In this document: positions 20,551 to 29,885 of the stretch, piece by piece
Layout: the number at the start of each line of letters is the position of its first letter
Position numbering within the stretch: position 1 is the stretch's first letter
Assembly: GCA_965215605.1 (NCBI GenBank)
Contig: OZ244070.1
Coordinates: forward strand, 2,560,001 to 2,624,000
DNA from: an uncultured Candidatus Binatia bacterium
GTDB taxonomy: Bacteria; Desulfobacterota; Binatia; UBA9968; JAJDTQ01
Reading direction: 5' to 3'
Length of the DNA stretch: 64,000 nt
Translations under genes and position numbers: made by a program
Notes under the pieces: model-generated
Database searches by the model: none
Told to the model about the DNA's origin: nothing
What the model saw: only the letters and a program-made list of their open reading frames with translations

Positions 20551-22605
20551 ATGAGTGATCCGGCCGTCTCCTGCCGCGTCGGCGTGGACGTCGGCGGCAC
20601 CTTCACCGACGTCACGGTGCTGGACGCGGGCACCGGGCAGATTCGGGAGGTGCGCAAAGTCCCGTCCAACCCCGCGGCGCCGCTGGAGGTGCTGGGCAAC
20701 GTGCTCGCGGACCTGCGCCTCAAGTGGGGCGCCGATTCCCTCTCCTACCTGTTGCACGGCTCCACCCACGCCCTCAATACGGTTCTGGAGGAGAAGGGCA
20801 GCCGCACCGGCCTGCTTACTACCCAGGGGTTCCGCGACGTCTACGAGATCGCGCGTCAGTGGAAGGGCGAGGAGGTGTTCAACATCTTCTATCCCGGGGG
20901 CAAGCGCTTCGTGCCGCGGCGGCGCGTGGCGGAGGTTCCGGAGCGGCTCGACAAGTCCGGAGCCGTGCTCGCGCCGCTGGACCTGGACGCCATCGACGCG
21001 GCGGTGGCCGGGCTCATGGAGCAGGGCATCGACGCCCTGGCCATCGCGTTTTTGTTCTCTTACGTAAACCCGGTTCACGAACGGTTGGCCGCGGAGCACA
21101 TCCGGTCACGCTATCCGGACCTGTTCATCTCGCTATCGTCCGAGGTGAATCCGGTCTGGCGCGAGTACGAGCGCACCGCCACCACCGTGCTGAACGCCTA
21201 CCTTGGCCCGCGCATGGAACAGTATTTCTCCGGCATGGAGGAGACCGTGGCGCGTCATTTCCCGCGGGCGCACCCGTTCCTGATGAAGTCCAACGGCGGC
21301 ATTGGCGCCCCCATGGCCATGGCCCGGTTTCCGGTCCAGACGCTCATGTCCGGTCCGGTGGCAGGGGTGGTGGCGGCGCACGAGTTGGGCGCGCGCGCCG
21401 GGGTCTCCAACCTCATCTCGCTGGACATCGGCGGCACCAGCAGCGACATGTCGCTGATCCCGGGAAGGCCGCTCTTCCGCACCGAGTGGCACATCGGCCG
21501 GCATCCCGTGCGGGTCGATTCAGTGGAGGTGGAGAGCCTGGGGGCCGGGGGCGGCAGCTTGGCCCAGGTGCGCTACGGCAAGGTGCTCCAGGTGGGGCCG
21601 CAGAGCGCGGGGGCGGTGCCCGGACCGGCGTGCTACATGCGCGGCGGCGATCAGCCCACGTTGACCGACGCCCTGGTGCAACTCCGCCACCTGAATCCCG
21701 AGGCCTTGCTCCAGGGCGAGATGCCCATCGATTCGGCGTTGTCGAAGGAGGCCATCCGCCGGCAGGTGGCCGAGCCGCTGGGCATGTCGGAGGACGACGC
21801 GGCTCTGGGGATCCTGCGCGTGCTGGTGGCCAATATCGTCTCCTCCATGCGCACCATGACCATCGAACGGGGCTTCAATCCCGCGGACTTCGTGCTCGCT
21901 CCCTTCGGCGGCATGGGGCCGACGCTGGCGACGGCGGTGGCCGCTTCCCTGGGCATCGGGCGGATCCTGGTGCCCGCGGACCCGGGCAACTTCAGCGCCT
22001 TCGGCATGCTGCTGTCCGACCTGCGCTCGGACGCGGTCACCACCCGGGTGGTGACGCTCACGCCGGATTCGCTGGCGGAAGCGGTGGCGGCCCTGCGCGA
22101 ACTCGAAGAAACCGTGCGGCGCGACCTCGCCGCCCAAGGACCGTCGCCGGACCAGATCCGTGTTGATTGGCTGCTGGACATGCGCTACCGTGAGCAGGCC
22201 TACGAGTTGACGGTCCCCATCGCCAAGGATGCCGCGAAACTCAACGTCGACGAGATCTGCGACCGTTTCGGCCAGGCCCACGAGCAGCGCTACGGCCACC
22301 GGGCCGATGACGAGGTCGTGGAGGTGGTCAACCTGCGGGCGTCGGCGTACGCCTCGCTGGGCAAGCCGGAGTTGTCACGGCGCGAAGGCGGCGGGGAGCG
22401 GCAGGCCGCTGCCGCGCACCGCGGGGCGGTGATGCTCGACGGCGTCCACGACGTGCCGGTGCTTCGCCGTGACGAGCTGGCCCCGGGACAGGCCTTGAGC
22501 GGGCCCGTGATCGTCGAGGAGAAGACTTCCACCACGGTGGTGGAGCCGGGTTGGGCGCTACGCGTCGACCCGGAAGGGAATCTGGATATCACGCGCGCGA
22601 CGTGA
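20551..22605 (+). CDS. Hydantoinase A/oxoprolinase family protein
   Basis: GVDVGGTFTD, REYER..TT.LNAY, DIGGTS, SAGAVPGPACY. Confidence 0.92.
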   Translation: MSDPAVSCRVGVDVGGTFTDVTVLDAGTGQIREVRKVPSNPAAPLEVLGNVLADLRLKWGADSLSYLLHGSTHALNTVLEEKGSRTGLLTTQGFRDVYEIARQWKGEEVFNIFYPGGKRFVPRRRVAEVPERLDKSGAVLAPLDLDAIDAAVAGLMEQGIDALAIAFLFSYVNPVHERLAAEHIRSRYPDLFISLSSEVNPVWREYERTATTVLNAYLGPRMEQYFSGMEETVARHFPRAHPFLMKSNGGIGAPMAMARFPVQTLMSGPVAGVVAAHELGARAGVSNLISLDIGGTSSDMSLIPGRPLFRTEWHIGRHPVRVDSVEVESLGAGGGSLAQVRYGKVLQVGPQSAGAVPGPACYMRGGDQPTLTDALVQLRHLNPEALLQGEMPIDSALSKEAIRRQVAEPLGMSEDDAALGILRVLVANIVSSMRTMTIERGFNPADFVLAPFGGMGPTLATAVAASLGIGRILVPADPGNFSAFGMLLSDLRSDAVTTRVVTLTPDSLAEAVAALRELEETVRRDLAAQGPSPDQIRVDWLLDMRYREQAYELTVPIAKDAAKLNVDEICDRFGQAHEQRYGHRADDEVVEVVNLRASAYASLGKPELSRREGGGERQAAAAHRGAVMLDGVHDVPVLRRDELAPGQALSGPVIVEEKTSTTVVEPGWALRVDPEGNLDITRAT

Positions 22606-22614
22606 CCAAAGCGT

Positions 22615-22640
22615 GTAGGGGGCGGGTTCGAACCCGCCCG
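22615..22640 (+). repeat. GTAG-type REP-like palindrome
   Basis: GTAG followed by perfect GGGCGGGTTCGAACCCGCCC palindrome. Confidence 0.55.
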
Positions 22641-22678
22641 TGTTCGGGCCGCCGCGTGGCCCGGGATGGAGGCATCAC

Positions 22679-23641
22679 ATGAAGATTCTGATTACGGGCG
22701 GCATGGGAGTCAACGGCGCGGTGACGGCGAGGCACTTGGTCCGGGACGGCGTGCGGCCGGTGCTCATGGACAACCGGATGGACACCTCCCTGATCTCGGA
22801 CATCGAGAAGGACGTCGATTTGGTGATCGGGGACATCCTGGACCCCGAGGGCCTGGACAAGATCGTCGCGGACCACGGGATCACCCACGTGGCGCACCTG
22901 GCGGCGCTGATGCCCATTCCGGCGGAAACCGATCCGGCCCTGGGCATCAAGGTCGGCGTCGACGGGACCCTGAACGTGCTCGAGATCGCGCGGCACCGGG
23001 GGCTCGAGCGGGTGGTGTTCACCAGCTCCAAGGCGGTGTACGGCGAGATCTTCGGCCGTCACGCCTATCCCGAGTACGTGCCGGTGAACGAAGAGCACCC
23101 CCAGAACCCTGCGGACCTCTACGGCACCATCAAGGTGTGCTGCGAGACCCTGTGCACCTACTACCAGAAGAAGTACGGGGTAAGCTCCGTGGTGCTGCGC
23201 TTCGGCTCCATCTACGGCCCCGGCAAGGAGGTGCGCCACGGCGCGCTGTCGCTCTACGGCCAGATGATCGAGAACGTCATGTCGGGGAAGGGCTTCACGG
23301 CCACCGGCGGAGACCAGTCCAACGAGGCCCTCTACGTGGGCGACGTGGCCCGCTCCATCATCCTGGGGCTGCAGGCCAAGGACCCCGCCGAGCGGACGTT
23401 CAATATCGGCACCGGCATGGGCGTCACGCTCCACGACTTCAAGCGCATCCTCGGAGGGCTCTATCCGGACAGCGAGATCGAGGTCGGTTCCGGGCTGGAG
23501 TTCCGCATGACCGAGAAGAAGAGCTACTGTATCTTCGACATCAGCAAGGCCAAGGAGCACCTGGGCTTCACCCCGGCGTATGACCTCGAAGCCGGCATCA
23601 GGGACTACATCGCCACCATCGAGCGGCTGAGGCCGCAGTAG
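22679..23641 (+). CDS. NAD-dependent epimerase/dehydratase (extended SDR)
   Basis: ITGGMGVNG, SSKAVYG, YGTIK. Confidence 0.9.
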   Translation: MKILITGGMGVNGAVTARHLVRDGVRPVLMDNRMDTSLISDIEKDVDLVIGDILDPEGLDKIVADHGITHVAHLAALMPIPAETDPALGIKVGVDGTLNVLEIARHRGLERVVFTSSKAVYGEIFGRHAYPEYVPVNEEHPQNPADLYGTIKVCCETLCTYYQKKYGVSSVVLRFGSIYGPGKEVRHGALSLYGQMIENVMSGKGFTATGGDQSNEALYVGDVARSIILGLQAKDPAERTFNIGTGMGVTLHDFKRILGGLYPDSEIEVGSGLEFRMTEKKSYCIFDISKAKEHLGFTPAYDLEAGIRDYIATIERLRPQ

Positions 23642-23645
23642 GGCC

Positions 23646-24389
23646 TTACACAAGCGGATTATAGTCGTCGCTTGCCATTGGTTCGTGCTCGTCCCAATGG
23701 CCGCTCATTTCAATCAAGACGCGTTGCTTGGACGGAGCGGGTAGCGGATTTAGCCGCACGACGCGCGCTGAGTACTTGGGGGTTTCGACCATTGCCGCAA
23801 CCAAGTCGGGCACGAGATAGCGTGGGGTCCAACCGATCATGTGGTAGTCGGACGTCTGAATTTGGACCGCCAAACCCGTCGCCGGATTAGTCAGTTCAAG
23901 CGTCACGTACAGTTCGTCCCACTTAGTCAGGCGGTCGATCCGCTCTTGTGCCGATGAACTCACGTGTCGCCAACCGTGAAGAAAGAAGCGGCAGGTGAAG
24001 CTTCCATCTTCGCGCTTCACGAGTTTCGGAAAAACCTCATAGGCATCCGTGACGCGAGTGCCCCCGCTGACAGCGAGAATCTCCACGGGGTCCGCACCTT
24101 CGGGTAAGTCAAGACCAGACAAGTAGTCTGTAAAATCCGGTCTTGCCCGATTCATAATTCGGTTCTGAAACAGTGGAAACAACTCCGAAGACTGGTAGTC
24201 GTCATCTAGGCGAGGGAACTCGGCCAATAATGGGAAACCGGCCTCGCACTCTGCTCGTTCCGCGCCGCGAATGTAGCGGAAACGATAGAGGGGAGATTCG
24301 GTCCCCACGTCCAGGCGACCTACCGGAAACCATAATCGGCTTTCCTTTCTCTGGTCCTGCCACGCCAGGAAGAGGGTGTTCATGTTCAT
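23646..24389 (-). CDS. HipS-like/HIRAN-domain protein (putative antitoxin partner of HipA-like kinase)
   Basis: LFLAWQ..WFPVGRL, ELFPLFQNR, FFLHGWRH, E.TNP...AV...IGWTPRYL; lower GC. Confidence 0.75.
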   Translation of the reverse strand: MNMNTLFLAWQDQRKESRLWFPVGRLDVGTESPLYRFRYIRGAERAECEAGFPLLAEFPRLDDDYQSSELFPLFQNRIMNRARPDFTDYLSGLDLPEGADPVEILAVSGGTRVTDAYEVFPKLVKREDGSFTCRFFLHGWRHVSSSAQERIDRLTKWDELYVTLELTNPATGLAVQIQTSDYHMIGWTPRYLVPDLVAAMVETPKYSARVVRLNPLPAPSKQRVLIEMSGHWDEHEPMASDDYNPLV

Positions 24390-25201
24390 CAGATAAGCTC
24401 TCCCAAATTTCCCAAATTATAGCACATTACTGCGATGGCGAAGGCACGGGCCGACGGTGTCATCCAATCATCAGGCACCCGGCCCACGAGTTCACTCAGG
24501 GAACTCTCGTCAAGCCTTCCAAGTTTATCGAGCGCTGGCCGGAAAAGGTCTGGGTACTTCCGATTCGCTCGCCGGATCAATTCTAGTGGACTGGAACCAT
24601 GGCGCTCGTCCTCCGACCAGTAAATCGCCCCACGCCCCTTTTCCAGATAGTAGCCCACGCGATTCTCTGCTAGGAGTCTATCGCGGCGCGGATCTCTAAT
24701 TTCTCGACCAAGGGAGGAGGCATGATCGAACGAAGGTGCCACGCGACCTCTCCAACGATCCCCCGCACGCCAGCGCAATATACCCCAGTTCTCGTGATGA
24801 CGATCGGTGTTCCCAATCAGTGCATCCAATACCAAGTATTCCGCAAGGCGAAGTTTCGCCCGTCTTGCGCCATCTGCCTTTGAGAAAAATCGGTCCATCA
24901 CGTGCCAGATGTTGGTAAGGGTGTGGCTCGACTGCTTGAATGTCTTCGTGGGATCGTACCCGCGAACTACTCGCTCCAACAATTGGTTGCCGTGGACCAG
25001 TTCGCGGCCACCTCGTGAGAAGGACTCCGTAACCGATCCTCGCTCGCTCTGACACTCAGCCAGTTCTACTTTTGCATGCTCAATCCCCAGCCGAGACGCT
25101 ACCTCGGCGGAAATCTTCTCGGCCCAGTGCTGTCCGGTGTTGCCTTGCGGGTGTTTGAAGAGCCAAGCTGTCTCCCCATCAGCACGGTTTGGAGTACTCA
25201 C
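24389..25201 (-). CDS. HipA-like Ser/Thr kinase, N-terminus apparently truncated
   Basis: WLFK, HWAEK, DALIGNTDRHHENWG, APSFDHASSL; stop overlaps the next ATG. Confidence 0.8.
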   Translation of the reverse strand: MSTPNRADGETAWLFKHPQGNTGQHWAEKISAEVASRLGIEHAKVELAECQSERGSVTESFSRGGRELVHGNQLLERVVRGYDPTKTFKQSSHTLTNIWHVMDRFFSKADGARRAKLRLAEYLVLDALIGNTDRHHENWGILRWRAGDRWRGRVAPSFDHASSLGREIRDPRRDRLLAENRVGYYLEKGRGAIYWSEDERHGSSPLELIRRANRKYPDLFRPALDKLGRLDESSLSELVGRVPDDWMTPSARAFAIAVMCYNLGNLGELI

Positions 25202-25249
25202 AGGGATGCACGGGCTCAGGGGGCAAGGGACCCCATCTGCCTCCGTACA

Positions 25250-25271
25250 AAGTACGGCGACCGCCGTACTT
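25250..25271 (-). terminator. Hairpin after cupin gene
   Basis: AAGTACGGCG-AC-CGCCGTACTT inverted repeat. Confidence 0.5.
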
Positions 25272-25300
25272 GGCTTGGCTGAGAACGAGTGAACTGTACC

Positions 25301-26401
25301 CTACGCCGCCCCCTGCCGTTCCAGGATGTGGGCCATGTCCACCGTGGCGCCGGAGCGGCCGCAGGCGTCGACGAAGAGCTGGATGACGTCCTCGTCTTCG
25401 TCCTCGTGCTCGATCTGCCAGCCACCCTGGTTCAAGGGGACGTCGGACTGGATCGGGCCGGGTACCAGCTTGAACATGCGGCTCAGCATCTTGAGGGCCA
25501 GGTAGCGGGCGGGCTGGGGGCCGGAGTTGAAGTGCTGGTGGAACCAGCCCTCGGGCGGCACCACCAGGGAGCCGGGCTTCCAGATGAACTGCTGTTTCTC
25601 CTCGCCCTCCGGCCACATCAAGGAATAACCTTCGCCGGAAAGGATCATCACGTGGGCGCCGGGCCCGTGGCGGTGGGCCTTCTTGTAGCGTCCCACCGGG
25701 AACTCGGAGACGTGGGCGCCCATGTGGCTCGCCACCAGCTCGAAGAACACCGTCTTGCTGCCCTTGCCGCGCTCCTCCCAGGCGATGGGCTCGATGTTGG
25801 CCACGTCGGGGATGAAGTTGGTCTCCAGCACCCGGTCGTTGTACAGGCGCGCGTGGCCGCGGAAGTCCTGGTCGTCGTCGAAGCGGTCCCTGAAGGCGAA
25901 GGGATTGTTCATGACGAATTCTTCGTTGTGGAAGATGTTGTAGACCAGCGGCGCGTTGGTGACGCCCAGCAGTTTGACCTCCCGGTCGCCGGAGCCGTTG
26001 AAATGCTGGTAGGTGGCGTTCACCGGGATGGCGAACAGGCTGCCTTCCTGCCACTCGAAGCTCTGCCCCTTGCCGTCGCTCTGCCACAGGGTGGTGGCGC
26101 CCCGGCCCGACAGCACGTACACCAACTCGTCGTAGATGTGCTTCTCGGGGTTGAGGCTCTTGCCCGGCGGGATCGTGACCACGAAGGCATCGTCCAGATA
26201 ACCGGCGCCCTCCAGGTTGATGTAGACGCCGTGGCCGCCCTTGCGGTCCCACCACTTCATCGGCACTTCCTTGAGGTCCTCGACGAAGTAGCCCCGGATC
26301 ACGTCCACGCCCTGAGACACCACCCATCGGTCGTAGGGCGTGTCCATGACCTCGGCGTTTCGGTCGACGCGTTCGAAGTTACCGAGACTCTCTATTTTCA
26401 T
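25301..26401 (-). CDS. Bicupin protein (gentisate-dioxygenase-like fold)
   Basis: EKHIYDEL..VLSG, HRHGPGAH, WFHQHFN. Confidence 0.8.
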   Translation of the reverse strand: MKIESLGNFERVDRNAEVMDTPYDRWVVSQGVDVIRGYFVEDLKEVPMKWWDRKGGHGVYINLEGAGYLDDAFVVTIPPGKSLNPEKHIYDELVYVLSGRGATTLWQSDGKGQSFEWQEGSLFAIPVNATYQHFNGSGDREVKLLGVTNAPLVYNIFHNEEFVMNNPFAFRDRFDDDQDFRGHARLYNDRVLETNFIPDVANIEPIAWEERGKGSKTVFFELVASHMGAHVSEFPVGRYKKAHRHGPGAHVMILSGEGYSLMWPEGEEKQQFIWKPGSLVVPPEGWFHQHFNSGPQPARYLALKMLSRMFKLVPGPIQSDVPLNQGGWQIEHEDEDEDVIQLFVDACGRSGATVDMAHILERQGAA

Positions 26402-27287
26402 CCTTTTCCTCCGGCTTGACCTTCCGGGAGGTGCCCAAATGCCGGAACAACGGCGAGTCCTCCGACAGGAGGGCGGTGCTGTTCTCGGGCAGAAACTTCT
26501 CATAGGCTTCCAGGCTCCGGACGAAACCGTAGAACTCCGGATCCTGTCCATAGGAGGAGGCATAGATGGCCGTGGCTTCGCCGTCGCCTTCGCCCCGCAG
26601 CTTCTGGCTTTGCCGGTATGCTTCCGCCAGCAGAATGGTTTTTTCCTTGTTGGTCCTGGCGCGGATCTTCTTCGACTCCTCCTCGCCTTCGGAACGGTAG
26701 CGTTTGGCGATCCGTTCACGTTCCGCCCGCATGCGCTCGAAAACGCTCGTCTGCACCTCGGAAGGAAGGTCCGCCCGCTTGACGCGGACGTCCACGACCA
26801 CGACGCCGTACTCGCCCTTGGCCTTGTCCGCGGAGCGTTTGGCCACGGCCTCCATGGCCGACTCGCGATGCTGGGCGATGATGTCGGCAAAGTTTCGTGA
26901 CGCGAGCTCCTGCCGCAACTCGGAAAACACGATGTCGTCCATCAACAACTGCCCGCGTTGCTGGGTCAGCGCGGTCTTGAAGAACGTGAGCGGGTCGCTG
27001 ATCTTCCAACGGGTCACGTGGTCCACCACCACGCGCTTCTTGTCCAGGGTCAGATAATCCCTGGGCTGGGCGTCACTGGCGAGGATACGCCGTTCATACA
27101 TCGTGATGTCCTCCACCAAAGGCGTTTTCCAGTGGAGGCCCGGCGAATCCACCGCGCGCTTGAACTTGCCGAACTGCGTCACCACCGCCTGCTGCCACTC
27201 GCCCACGACGAAGAAAGGCCGTACCGGCGGAAACAGGAGGACGACCAGTATCAGGCCGACGACGGTTCCGGTGATGTATCGTTTCAT
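26379..27287 (-). CDS. hflC: FtsH modulator HflC
   Basis: PGLHWK.P, DVRVKRADLP, RMRAER, DPEFY.F.RSLEAY. Confidence 0.93.
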   Translation of the reverse strand: MKRYITGTVVGLILVVLLFPPVRPFFVVGEWQQAVVTQFGKFKRAVDSPGLHWKTPLVEDITMYERRILASDAQPRDYLTLDKKRVVVDHVTRWKISDPLTFFKTALTQQRGQLLMDDIVFSELRQELASRNFADIIAQHRESAMEAVAKRSADKAKGEYGVVVVDVRVKRADLPSEVQTSVFERMRAERERIAKRYRSEGEEESKKIRARTNKEKTILLAEAYRQSQKLRGEGDGEATAIYASSYGQDPEFYGFVRSLEAYEKFLPENSTALLSEDSPLFRHLGTSRKVKPEEKDENRESR

Positions 27288-28321
27288 TATTTGCCTCCTG
27301 CTCCCGGAAATCCCGCCATCCCTTTCAAGGGCAGCAGCGGCACGACGTTTTGCGCGCCTTGTGAATCGACGATGATCTTGTCGACGTTCGGGAGCACGCG
27401 TTCGATGGCTTCGAGGTGCAGTCTCTCGCGTGTCACCTCGGGGGCTTTCCGGTATTCGGTCAGTACCGAGTTGAACCGCGACCCGTCACCCTTGGCCTTC
27501 AGGGTCCGTTCCTCCTTGTAGGCCTCGGCCGCCTGAATCATCTCCTGAGCTTCGCCTCGGGCTTTGGGGATGAGGTCTTCCCGGTAGCCGCGGGCCTGGT
27601 CGATGAGCTTCTCGCGGTCTTCGCGCGCCCGGACCACTTCATCGAAAGCGTCCTTGACCTGGCTGGGAGCTTCCACGGTCTGTAGCTTGACCTCGGTGAT
27701 CTGTATGCCGGATTCGTAGGTATCCATCAGTTGCTGCAGGAACTCCTGGGTCTCGGTCTGGACCCGGTCCCGGCCCACGGTCAGGACTTCCTCGATGGTG
27801 GTGTTGCCGACCCGGCTGCGCAACGCGACTTCCGTGGCCGCCTGTAGGGTGGTCACCGGGTCCCGCAGCTTGAACAGGAACATTTCCGGGTTCCTCACCC
27901 GATACTGCACGGTGAGCTGGGCGCTGACGATGTTTTCGTCGCCGGTGAGCATCAGGGATTCCTGGGGAATCAGGCGCACGAGGTTCGGCCGTAGCGGGTT
28001 GCTGCGAAAGCCCACTTCCAATCGGCGGATCTCCGCCACGTTGACCTTCCGCAACTCCTCGATGGGCCAGGGAACATGGTAGTTGAGGCCGGCCGTGGCG
28101 ATGCGCGCCACCTTGCCGAACCGCGTGACCACGCCTTCCTCACCGGGCTGGATGGTGTAGAAGCCGCTGGCCAGCCAGATGACGGCGATGGCGCCGGCGA
28201 TGAGAAAAGGCACGCCGGACTTCAGGAAACCGGGTAGCTGCGGCAACCGGGAGAGGAGGTCCTCCCAATCCGGTCCGCTCTGCTGCCGGCGTCCCCAAGG
28301 GCCCTCGGATCCGCTTTGCAT
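27287..28321 (-). CDS. hflK: FtsH modulator HflK
   Basis: MLTGDENIV, VKDAFDEV, IPKARGEA, APEVTRERL. Confidence 0.94.
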   Translation of the reverse strand: MQSGSEGPWGRRQQSGPDWEDLLSRLPQLPGFLKSGVPFLIAGAIAVIWLASGFYTIQPGEEGVVTRFGKVARIATAGLNYHVPWPIEELRKVNVAEIRRLEVGFRSNPLRPNLVRLIPQESLMLTGDENIVSAQLTVQYRVRNPEMFLFKLRDPVTTLQAATEVALRSRVGNTTIEEVLTVGRDRVQTETQEFLQQLMDTYESGIQITEVKLQTVEAPSQVKDAFDEVVRAREDREKLIDQARGYREDLIPKARGEAQEMIQAAEAYKEERTLKAKGDGSRFNSVLTEYRKAPEVTRERLHLEAIERVLPNVDKIIVDSQGAQNVVPLLPLKGMAGFPGAGGK

Positions 28322-28405
28322 GAAAAGCTCCTTTGTCTTCCGGCCGTAGTCGCGTGAGAGGGTATCTTCGTCGGGAAGAGCGTCGGGCAGACACTCCTGT
28401 CATGG

Positions 28406-28433
28406 ACTCTACCATTGCCCGCATGGGTGTCAA
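28406..28433 (-). promoter_or_regulatory. sigma70-type promoter of hflKC
   Basis: TTGACA-16-TAGAGT with extended TG. Confidence 0.6.
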
Positions 28434-29374
28434 GCAACCTCTTGCGAAGGGAACGCCTCGCCGCGGGGAGGGATCCTGGCGGTAAGCCAGTACCACTGGT
28501 CCGGATAGCGGCGGATGAGGGCTTCCAGACGTTCCATGATGCGGTCGGTGTTGACCTGCACGTCCGCGTGCAGGTCGCCGGTCCGGGTCAACTTCAGTTC
28601 TTCCTCGACGACGAGTTCCAGTCCGCCGGCATCGTTCCGGATCAGGTACACCGGCAGCACCGCCGCGCCGGAGCGCAGTGCCAGGCTCACCGGGCCCCGG
28701 GCGGACCGCACCGGCCGGCCGAAGAGCCGGGTTTCCACCTCGCCGCGCTTGAGATTGTCGCCCAGGATCAGCACGGTCTGGTTGTCCCTGAGCACGGCGA
28801 GGATCTTCCGGACCGCGTCCCGCCGGGGAATGGAGGGGATCAGGCCGGCATAGAACGAGCGGCTGTGACGCAGCACCAGTTCCATGAACTTTTCGTCGTC
28901 GAGGAACCGGAACAGGCATTGAATGGAATAGCCGCGGAGCCCCAGGCCGCCGCCGACGAGCAGGAAGTTGCCCAGGTGGAAGCCCAGGGCGATCACCCCG
29001 TGGCCCCTGCCCAGGGCCGCGTCCAGGTGTTCGAGCCCGCGTACGCGCAGGGTGTCCCTCAGCCGTTCCGGGTGGCCGATGTGAAGGAGGCTGTCGACGG
29101 CGGCGTCGGCACACTGCCGCTGCACGTCCCTGGCCAGCCCCAGCTTGGCGGCCTTGTCCCAGGACTCCCCGAAGGCCGCGTCCATGACCGCCACCAGGCG
29201 CCGGCGGGAGACCGTCACGGAGAGGAACAGCCGGACCACGGGCCGTGCGAGACGCCGGAACCGCTCCGGCGAGGTCATTCGCATGAGCCGGAGCAGGATA
29301 CGGCCGAGGCCGCCGCAGGCGCGGAAAAACAGCCATTGGGTAGCGCGTCGAGGCCGGTCTTTCGGTGGTGGCAT
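28430..29374 (-). CDS. Lipid A/lysophospholipid acyltransferase family (LpxL/HtrB-like)
   Basis: GLEHL..AL..G.GVI...HLGN, FG.P.....GP..LA, YPDQWYW. Confidence 0.8.
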   Translation of the reverse strand: MPPPKDRPRRATQWLFFRACGGLGRILLRLMRMTSPERFRRLARPVVRLFLSVTVSRRRLVAVMDAAFGESWDKAAKLGLARDVQRQCADAAVDSLLHIGHPERLRDTLRVRGLEHLDAALGRGHGVIALGFHLGNFLLVGGGLGLRGYSIQCLFRFLDDEKFMELVLRHSRSFYAGLIPSIPRRDAVRKILAVLRDNQTVLILGDNLKRGEVETRLFGRPVRSARGPVSLALRSGAAVLPVYLIRNDAGGLELVVEEELKLTRTGDLHADVQVNTDRIMERLEALIRRYPDQWYWLTARIPPRGEAFPSQEVA

Positions 29375-29401
29375 GGCGAAAAACCCTGTCTTTATGGCGA
29401 C

Positions 29402-29430
29402 TTGACAGACACCAGGCGCCGCCATAAGCT
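29402..29430 (+). promoter_or_regulatory. sigma70-type promoter upstream of mini-amidohydrolase
   Basis: TTGACA-17-TAAGCT. Confidence 0.65.
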
Positions 29431-29461
29431 GACCGTCGCAAGGTGACACAGGAGAAGGGAG

Positions 29462-29785
29462 ATGGCAATGCCTCCAGTCATCGATTCCGACGGACACTAC
29501 CACGAGCCCCACTATCTCTTCGACGAATTCATCGAGAAGGAATCGGAGTTGCCGAACCTCCGCTTTGCGTTCCTGGAGATCGACGGACAGTGGCTCCACT
29601 ACTGGGCCAACTGGGTCAACCGGCACGTGGAGGACGCCCCGCGGACGTTCATGTACGCCAGCGACTACCCCCACGGCGATACCGAATGGGAACGGGTGCA
29701 GGAGACCCAGGCGCTGGAGAATCTCGCACGGGAAGAGAAGGACGACATCCTGGGGAACAATGCGGCCCGGTTCTACAAGCTGTAG
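29462..29785 (+). pseudogene. Internally deleted amidohydrolase_2 (mini-protein or relic)
   Basis: IDSDGH, PNLRFAFLE and YASDYPH..ILGNNAARFY motifs compressed into 107 aa. Confidence 0.75.
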
Positions 29786-29885
29786 ATGCCGACCTTCGTT
29801 GACACCTCGCAAGACCCTGTGATAGCTTGACGCCCGCAAGCGTCAGGAAAGTCAACTCATTTCAAACGTACTTCAGGAGGTTCTC

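Noticed and set aside
22615-22640. GGTTCGAACCC as a tRNA T-arm or attachment site
   Set aside because: Part of a perfect GTAG-type palindrome; no cloverleaf around it
23646-25201. Prophage or IS boundaries around the lower-GC kinase module
   Set aside because: No integrase, transposase, terminal inverted repeats or target duplication seen
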